From contig NW_021829069.1 of NCBI RefSeq assembly GCF_006345805.1, positions 1 through 7,016 on the forward strand: a DNA stretch of 7,016 bases, read 5' to 3'. The translations under genes were made by a program, and so were the position numbers. This document shows positions 1 through 6,753 of this stretch, one piece after another. The notes beneath the pieces were generated by a model. It was not told the DNA's origin and made no database searches. It was given only the letters and a program-made list of their open reading frames with translations. Origin of the DNA: Octopus sinensis (taxonomy: Eukaryota). Each line of letters opens with the position of its first letter. Position 1 is the first letter of the stretch.

Positions 1-290
1 CCCCACCATCACCACCACCACCAACAACAACAATATCAACAACAACAACACAACCACCAGCAACAAGAACAACACCACCACGAACACAATCACCACTACC
101 ACCACCAACAACAACAACGATACCAAGAACAACAACAAAACCAACAGCAACCCCACCAACAACTACACCAACAGCAGCAACAACATCACCACCACCACCA
201 ACAACAAGAACAACAACACCACCACCACCACCACCACAACAACACCAGCAACCACCACCAACAACAACAACCACCACCACCACCACCATT
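1..290. repeat. Compound (CAC)n/(CAA)n trinucleotide low-complexity tract
   Basis: Almost entirely ACC/AAC triplets with occasional AAG/AGC interruptions; runs off the left edge of the window. Confidence 0.95.
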
Positions 291-469
291 ATCAGCATAA
301 TCGCCTCCACGTCAACCGCCGTTATTATTCCTTCTAAGTGTGTTGAAAAGTGTTTGTAGTCATTTGAAGTGCCATCGAGAAAAAAAGACCCGAGATTAGC
401 CGCCGGTAATCCAGCCACTAGATCTGTGTTAAGAAGATTAAACCGTATCTCTGATGCATGTAGAAACCA

Positions 470-479
470 CATATATATA

Positions 480-533
<54 letters not shown>

Positions 534-595
534 TATACCCACGTATAACACACACGCACACACGCACACACGTATATGTCCTTGCCTACATACAC
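470..595. repeat. (TA)n microsatellite followed by degenerate (CA)n
   Basis: Near-perfect TA dinucleotide run at ~470-528, then acacacgcacacacgcacacac. Confidence 0.95.
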
Positions 596-630
596 ATGCG
601 CCCGCCCATTTATACATATACGCTTGCAGA

Positions 631-758
631 TATTTATTTCTGTATTGCCCACAAGGGGCTAAACATAGTGGGGACAAAGAGATTACGTCGATGACATCGA
701 CCCCAGTAAGTAACTGGTACTTATTTAATTGACCTCGGAAGAGTGAAAGGCCAGGTCA
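631..758 (-). mobile_element. 5'-truncated copy (3' half) of the same SINE family as 5831-6062
   Basis: The reverse complement (gcctttcactcttccgaggtcaattaaataagtaccagttacttactggggtcgatgtcatcgacg...tttagccccttgtgggcaatacagaaata) aligns to 5922-6062, with a ~15-nt deletion in the tgtcc-repeat part. The tRNA-like head is absent. Confidence 0.9.
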
Positions 759-1005
759 CTGTTGCTCCTCGTTAACTATGTCTCCAAACATTGCCTTTCT
801 CCTTCTGTCCAATTCAACAGGTTCACATCAAAATCACTCTAACAAAGGTAGCACTGATTCTTTAAGTTATTCAATTATTCCCAATCGATCATTGTGTCGA
901 TTGAGTAACCCAGTAAGTAACGAATCTATAACAATAGCGGAAACAACAGCTTTTAGCCAAATTAACAATAGAGAGATACGGAGTGACCAATATTTATGCC
1001 TTGTT

Positions 1006-1031
1006 TATATATATATATATATATTATATAT

Positions 1032-1096
<65 letters not shown>

Positions 1097-1311
1097 ATGT
1101 ATGCTTGTGTGTCTGTGTCCCTCTAGCATTGCTTGACAACCGATGCTGGTGTGTTTATGTCCCCGTCACTTAGCGGTTCTGCAAAAGAGACCGATAGAAT
1201 AAGTACTAGGCTTACAAAGAATAAGTCCTGGGGTCGAGTTGCTTGATTAAAGGCGGTGCTGCAGCATGGCCGCAGTCAAATGACTGAAACAAGTAAAAGA
1301 GAGAGTAAGAG
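1006..1311 (+). mobile_element. Headless 3' portion of a second SINE family, with internal (TA)n(GT)n microsatellite (copy A)
   Basis: 1128-1266 is ~80% identical to 1457-1596 by hand alignment, so the sequence is a repeat. It ends in an agtaaaagagagagtaagag tail and shares a tail module with the SINE at 5831-6062. From recall it matches the 3' part of an abundant Octopus tRNA/CORE-type SINE that carries an internal microsatellite (not database-verified). Confidence 0.8.
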
Positions 1312-1392
1312 TATATATATATATAATATAATATAATATAAATAATATATACGCTTGTATACATACATATATATGAATATATACATGCATAT
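1312..1392. repeat. Degenerate (TA)n microsatellite
   Basis: TA/TAA/TAC-rich run between SINE copies A and B. Confidence 0.85.
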
Positions 1393-1437
1393 AGGACATA
1401 AAAAACGTGGAACACAATGAGAAACGAAAACATAAAT

Positions 1438-1606
1438 ATGTGTTTGCTCCCCCATCATCGCTCGATGAACGATGTTGGTGTGCTTACATCCCCGTAACTT
1501 AGCAATTCAGTAAAAGACAACGATACAATTAGTACTAGGCTTACAAAGATTAAGTCCTGGCGTCGATTTGTTCGAATAAATGGCAGTGCTCCAGCAAGTA
1601 AAAGTA
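1438..1606 (+). mobile_element. Second, more diverged headless copy of the same SINE 3' portion (copy B)
   Basis: About 27 differences over ~139 aligned nt versus copy A. It lacks the 25 nt equivalent to 1267-1291 and ends in agtaaaagta. Confidence 0.8.
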
Positions 1607-1609
1607 TAC

Positions 1610-1641
<32 letters not shown>

Positions 1642-1649
1642 TATATATA
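1606..1649. repeat. (TA)n microsatellite
   Basis: Direct inspection. Confidence 0.95.
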
Positions 1650-2100
1650 CTCCAGAAATCAACCGTCGGCGAGCAATCGGGGCAAGACAATCTTTCACCA
1701 TACATTTATGTATTTGGCCACAAGTTGGCCGGTTTCTGGACCGGTATAATGCTCATCTTCCTCATATGTGTTACCATAATGAAAAGCCCCAAAACATCAC
1801 GTTGAAGTCTGTGCTGCACCTAGTTTAATTTGCGTTGAATTATAGCAGTCAGCAGTGCAAAACTAATAACAATACGGAGCAAATAATTGAGGAGAAAAAT
1901 ATTTGCCAAGATATTATTGACTCAGTTATTATCTAATGTAAGTAATAAACATGATAATAACGGAATCAATAATATAGGTGATTGGAGGAATATGAGGCTA
2001 TAATTCCACACCAGAAACCGGTCCATTTGAGGTCAAATACTTGAATGTACATTGTGAGATTATCTTAACCCATTTGCTCACAGACAGTTGATTTCTGTAG
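1650..2100. repeat. Inverted repeat pair 1: 1650-1763 versus 1985-2100
   Basis: The reverse complement of 1650-1739 aligns without gaps to 2011-2100 at 69/90 identities. Similarity continues to 1763/1985 with a 2-nt indel. Confidence 0.9.
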
Positions 2101-2342
2101 TCATTATCAGTAATTTTTAGGCGATTTGAATAAGAGTTTTGACTGTTATTTCTTGCAGATAGACATGCTTAGTATGTCCATTGATTAAATTTAATCCTTC
2201 AGCGATTTAATGCTTTTTTTAGGCCTGCAATCGCCTATATTATTGATTCTGTTATAATCATCTTTAATTCTTACATTAGATAATAATGGAGTCAATAACA
2301 TCTTCGCAAATATTTTTCTCCTGAATTATTTTCTCCGTATTG
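1870..2342. repeat. Inverted repeat pair 2: 1870-1988 versus 2224-2342
   Basis: Ungapped 119-nt alignment with 13 mismatches (106/119) between 1870-1988 and the reverse complement of 2224-2342. Confidence 0.95.
1876..2094 (-). pseudogene. Possible decayed exon copy encoding a hydrophobic peptide ([69 protein letters not shown])
   Basis: The consensus with the split plus-strand copy (1656-1762 + 2227-2336) is open in this frame, and each stop is private to one copy. Homology begins at ctacag/ctccag (acceptor-like) and ends in gtattg (donor-like). No protein family recognised. Confidence 0.35.
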
Positions 2343-2377
2343 AAATATATTAACATACGTGTGCGTGTGCATGAGTG

Positions 2378-2423
2378 TGTGAAATAAATAAATAAATAAA
2401 TATATACATATATATATATATAT

Positions 2424-2457
<34 letters not shown>

Positions 2458-2655
2458 CATATACACACACACTTATATATAGGTACATGTATACGTGTTT
2501 GCATCTGTGATACCTTATATACGTATATATGTATATATATGTGTATATATATGTATGTATATATATATATATATATATTATATAAATATATATGAATATA
2601 TATACATACATACATACACACACACACACGCACACATATATATATGTATATATAA
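2378..2655. repeat. Compound (TAAA)n/(TA)n/(CA)n microsatellite block
   Basis: Direct inspection. Confidence 0.9.
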
Positions 2656-2658
2656 ATC

Positions 2659-2703
2659 AAAACTGTCTGACGACTGGAACGTAAAACTCTGAGTAACACT
2701 TTT
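2659..2703 (+). ncRNA. Degenerate minimal type I hammerhead ribozyme motif (probably inactive)
   Basis: Helix I: AAAACTGT (2659-2666) pairs with ACACTTTT (2696-2703) at 7 of 8 positions. Core box CTGACGA at 2667-2673. AAA stands in place of GAA at 2683-2685. Palindromic helix III ACTC-T-GAGT at 2686-2694, with a GUA cleavage triplet at 2693-2695. G12 is replaced by A and helix II has collapsed. Confidence 0.55.
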
Positions 2704-2806
2704 TGGAATGTCTGTGCAACCTTATTCATAAAGCATTTTACTCTCCCTTCGGGATTCGAGTACTATTTTTTCCACCCTGTTTCCCCATTTGTGTTCTTAC
2801 TCAGGT
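2659..2806 (+). mobile_element. Putative terminal remnant of a Penelope-like retroelement
   Basis: A non-microsatellite island between TA runs that begins with a PLE-type minimal hammerhead. It resembles an Octopus interspersed repeat from recall only. No RT or GIY-YIG coding sequence is visible. Confidence 0.35.
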
Positions 2807-3602
2807 ATATATATATATTATATACAAAGAATGATAAATAGATAGACAGATAAACAGATAGATATATCAGTTTTGCACGAACATTTTATCAGAGCAAAAC
2901 CCGGAAACAATTTATTGAAATATGCTTAAGTTTCCCTTGACCAGTGACTTCGGAGTTTCACACGTTGCTGTTCTGGCCAGTGTCCGTATGACTTCCCCAA
3001 CCTCTTCGTAGAGTAATATGACTCATGATACTCAGCATTCTTTGAAATGTGTACTCTCGTCTTGAGTTTGATATATTTGGTATGTTTTTCAGTCACTAAT
3101 TTCTTTTCATGTATTGGTATTAATGCCAGATCTTAAATATTTGACCGTCAGCAAAATACTACACAATTCATTGAATGTAGTTTAATAACAGGTGAAACAT
3201 TTCTGATTTTTATGTGTTGTGTTTTACTGAGCCCTATTTATAGTTTCAATTATTAATAATATTTTCCCCCTCTTTAGCATTCCGCTGTACCTGTGATGTA
3301 GTGCTTTGCTATATTCAAATGTTCTCATTCTATAAAAACGCATGGCTAAGCACTGGGGTAGCGCCGTGCTTTTACAACAAATACGATTTATAACTCGCTA
3401 TCGAATTCATATATCCGATCGGCCATTGTTCTCTTGATATCAGCCTCTGAGGATTGTAGGTGCTTATCGTTTGTTTATCAGCAGGGCGTTTCATAATTAT
3501 AGTAATTGGGTAGTAGATTATTAATACTAGTTGCGAAATATTTCAAGTTGCTTTGCCACGCTATTATTTCAGAGCAATATATATTCGAAATATACTATAA
3601 TG

Positions 3603-3637
3603 TAATATAATATAATATAATATAATATAATATAATA
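3603..3637. repeat. (TAATA)n pentanucleotide microsatellite
   Basis: About 7 tandem TAATA units. Confidence 0.9.
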
Positions 3638-4129
3638 CAATCACTCTGCTCTAAACAGAATAAATATACTTAATAAGAACATCTATTATAATGTTGATCA
3701 ATATTCAATTCTGAACAACAAGGTCTATAATATTTGTCAATTTTGAAATGGTGTATCATTTTAAGGTCATATATTGTATCACAGTTGCCCCAGAAACTAA
3801 GTGTGCAAATTAAGTTGTGTGTGCAACGGTGTTTTTCGATAAGTAAATTATAGTTTAAACAATTATAGAAATTATGAAAAACAAAGAAAATAGAATTACA
3901 AATTAATCTATTTAGATGTGTCTGGATATTTTTACCATATTTAACAATATTATAATATCATTCACACTTTCGTTTTCTCGTTCAATTCTCTTCACTCTTT
4001 CTCTACTGCTCGATATTTCTGTGTCTTTCTGATTCTTTGTCTATCTCTCTCTCTTAATCAATCTCTCTCGCCCTGTTGTCAGAATTCGTCTGCCAGTACT
4101 ATTACGCGTTATCAATAGCCATGATAAAT

Positions 4130-4678
4130 TACACATACATACATACAAAATATTCATGTGTATCTAAAGATGTACACACACACACACGCACACACACACA
4201 CACACACACACAAACATATATATATATTATACATATATATGCATATATATATATATTATATTCATAATTAAGTACATGTGTATGAATGTGAATAAATATG
4301 TACGTATATATATGTATAAATATGAGTGTATATATGTATATATATATGTATGTATGTATATATGTATGTGTATATATATATATATATATATACATATATA
4401 TACATATTTATATAGATAGATAGATTGGTATATACATTATTATATCAAAATATAATGATGTGTATGTGTATATATAAACACACATTTACATCCCCCCACA
4501 CACTATATATATATATATATATATGCTTATATTTTGTCTTTCCATTCTTTGTATATATACAATGAGAGCCAGTGAGAAAGAGAAATAAAGTGACAATGGG
4601 AGACGTATGTATCTGAATAAACAACGATCTATGTATGAATGTACATATATACATATATATATGTGTATATGTATTATG

Positions 4679-4732
<54 letters not shown>

Positions 4733-4896
4733 TATATAGGTATGTAGGTAGATGAATAGATTGATGGATAGATACACATATATAGACCGATAAATATATA
4801 TATAATTAAATAGATAGATAAGGATAGATAAAAAATAGATACAGATATGTAGACAGATAAATAGATATACGTGTAGATCTGGATATAGATATAGAT
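4130..4896. repeat. Large compound microsatellite block: (CA)n, (TA)n, (TATG)n, (TAGA)n
   Basis: Direct inspection; only short unique stretches (e.g. ~4525-4630) interrupt it. Confidence 0.9.
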
Positions 4897-4906
4897 CGGG
4901 AGATAC

Positions 4907-5004
4907 CGTTGAGGGAATGCAGTGCTTGCTTGAGACGGATGTTCACAAATGTCATCAGATCTCCATTTATTTGCGCAATACGCCAGGGAGTCCGAACAAA
5001 ACAA
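4907..5004 (-). CDS. Candidate 98-bp internal exon of an unidentified minus-strand gene
   Basis: GC-richer island in AT/microsatellite flanks. Acceptor ttgttgtttttgcag| (AG at 5006-5005) and donor aacg|gtatct (GT at 4906-4905). Two frames are open: CFVRTPWRIAQINGDLMTFVNIRLKQALHSLN and LFCSDSLAYCANKWRSDDICEHPSQASTAFPQ. Confidence 0.35.
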
Positions 5005-5211
5005 CTGCAAAAACAACAACAGCAATATCAACAACAGTAATACAAACGTTAGTTATTAATGAATCAAGTTTAGTTCTAACAAGAATAATAACAACAACAA
5101 CACAAACTGTATGGACGTCTATCATTAAGTGGAATAACAAAATCAACAACCTCGTAAAATCGGGGGGGAGGGAAATAAAACAGCAAATTCCTTAGTAATT
5201 ATTGATGCAGC

Positions 5212-5244
5212 ATAATAATAGTAATAATAATAATAATAATAATA

Positions 5245-5288
<44 letters not shown>

Positions 5289-5296
5289 AACAATAA
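5212..5296. repeat. Compound (TAA)n(GAT)n trinucleotide microsatellite
   Basis: About 11 TAA-type units followed by about 14 GAT units, directly abutting the LINE 5' end. Confidence 0.95.
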
Positions 5297-6230
5297 AGAA
5301 AAAATGGCGTCCTGCCACATGAGCAGAGGGGTGCAAACGTTGGTGCAGACGTACCAAGGATCAACTCCTGGTAGACAAAACTGTAGTTAGAGACAGTAAG
5401 GGGAGGAAAACTAACTTAGCCGTATCAAGGATTGATTATCGTAAAGCATAGGATATGATCCCATATTCTTGGATTATGGAATGTATGAAGCTATTTGGTA
5501 TTGCATCGAATGTTGAGCGTTTGCTTGGGAAAAGTATGGCGAAGTGGAGGACGGAACTGCCAGCATATGGAAAACGTAGAGGGAATTAGGGACAATAGAA
5601 ATAAGTTGAGGCATACTCCATTGGGACTGCCTGTCCCTACTGACCTTTGTACTGTGAATGATACCGCTAACACTGATTCTGAGCAGAGCAAGGCTGGGTA
5701 TGTATTCAAGAGCCGCCAACAAAAAAGTCAACCATTTGTTATTCATGGATGACCTCAAACTTTATGGTAAAGATGAATCCCAAGTCAGTTCCCTCGTTGA
5801 TACGGTGTATACTTACAGTGCTGATATAATGGCGGCGAGCTGGCAGAAACGTTAGCACGCCGGGCGAAATGCGTAGCCGTATTTCGTCTGTCGTTAACGT
5901 TCTGAGTTCAAATTCCGCCGAGGTCGACTTTGCCTTTCATCCTTTCGGGGTCGATAAATTAAGTACCAGTTACGTACTGGGGTCGATGTAATCGACCTAA
6001 TACCTATGTCTGTCCTTGTTTGTCCCCTCTGTCTTTAGCCCCTTGTGGGTAATAAAGAAATAGATATAATGGAATTCAGGCTGAAAAAGTGTAGTGTGTT
6101 ACACTTGAAGAGAGGGCAAAATCAAATGTATGGATGGGCTAGCGATACTGTCGGGGGAGTCTATGAAGCAGATGGAAGAGACGGGCTATAAGTACTTGGG
6201 GATTATGGAAATAGATAAATTGATGGAGAA
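5297..6230 (+). pseudogene. Reverse transcriptase domain of the LINE (fragmented, SINE-interrupted)
   Basis: RT motifs listed above. In-frame stops include TAG 5449-5451. Frameshifts near 5327, 5582, 5690-5725 and 6118. Confidence 0.9.
5831..6062 (+). mobile_element. Full-length tRNA-derived SINE inserted into the LINE RT, with target-site duplication
   Basis: Pol III A-box-like TGGCAGAAACGTT (5841-5853) and B-box-like GAGTTCAAATTCC (5904-5916). GGCGG/CCGCC acceptor-stem-like ends (5831-5835, 5915-5919). Central gcctttcatcctttcggggtcgataaattaagtaccag resembles the Meta domain of MetaSINEs (recall). Flanked by gatataatgg at 5823-5832 and 6063-6072. A second partial copy lies at 631-758. Confidence 0.92.
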
Positions 6231-6753
6231 AGTAATGACAGAAAAAATTATGGTGGAGTACTTGCGCAGACTGCGACTGATCCTTAAGTCTAAATTAAAT
6301 GGACGGAATAAGACTGAAGTTATTAACACCCGGACGGTTTCACTCCTTAGATATGGAGCAAAGGTAATCGCATGGACAGTAAACGAACTAAACAGCTTAG
6401 ACAGAAAGACAAGCAAGTTGTTATTCCACCCAAGAAGTAACACGGACAGACTGTATTTACCAAGAAAAAGAGGGGGAAGAGGACTTATAGGATGCGAACA
6501 CAGCATTACATCAAAAGAAAACAACATAGCATGGTATGTAAAAAAAGTTACATAAAACCGTTGTTATTAGAAGTAACAAGGTCAGGCTTGTGCAGGATGA
6601 AAGATTGAAAAGATAAAGCAGTATACAAGAAATTGAAAACGAATGAAACTGAAAATAGGTGGGTAAAGAAAAGAATGCGTGGTCAATTTAATAGGGATGT
6701 TGAAGATAAGACAGACAGAGAAAAAGATGGCTGTGGATGACTAAAAGTGATTT

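Noticed and set aside
1-290. Thr/Asn- or His/Gln-rich mucin-like coding potential of the CAC/CAA tract
   Set aside because: No start, splice signal or non-repetitive coding context; similar trinucleotide tracts recur non-codingly in this window.
295-423. Minus-strand open frame after acceptor-like ttcttaacacag (xLVAGLPAANLGSFFLDGTSNDYKHFSTHLEG), phase-compatible with the 4907-5004 exon
   Set aside because: No credible donor or stop before the frame runs into the GTG/GTT repeat, and the peptide is not recognised.
1764-2223. Weak resemblance between spacer 1764-1869 (reverse complement) and spacer 2101-2223
   Set aside because: Only short AT-rich word matches needing many gaps; not distinguishable from chance by eye.
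1870-2342. Simple MITE with 119-bp terminal inverted repeats
   Set aside because: No convincing TSD (only AA/AA). The interior adjoining the left arm is itself inverted-duplicated upstream at 1650-1763, which a plain MITE does not explain. Not fully excluded without copy-number data.
2890-3140. Open frames on the minus strand (~68 codons) and an AG...GTATGT pair on the plus strand
   Set aside because: The plus-strand candidate has stops in all three frames. The minus-strand frames lack a good acceptor, a start and any recognisable motif.
3330-3371. TATA-like tataaaa and a small hairpin aagcac...gtgctt (3348-3371)
   Set aside because: Both are expected by chance in AT-rich DNA; the stem is only 6-8 bp with no supporting context.
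438-4777. The many 60-130 aa ORFs rich in YI/IY/CV/HT repeats in the ORF track
   Set aside because: They are translations of (TA)n, (CA)n and (GT)n microsatellites, which lack stop codons in some frames; there is no protein-like content.
4935-4965. Second CTGATGA box on the minus strand (4952-4958) as a possible hammerhead
   Set aside because: It is followed by GAAC rather than GAAA, with no helix III or helix I complementarity.
5831-5919. Genuine tRNA gene
   Set aside because: It has A/B boxes but no canonical anticodon arm, and it is continuous with a SINE body, flanked by a TSD and partly repeated at 631-758.
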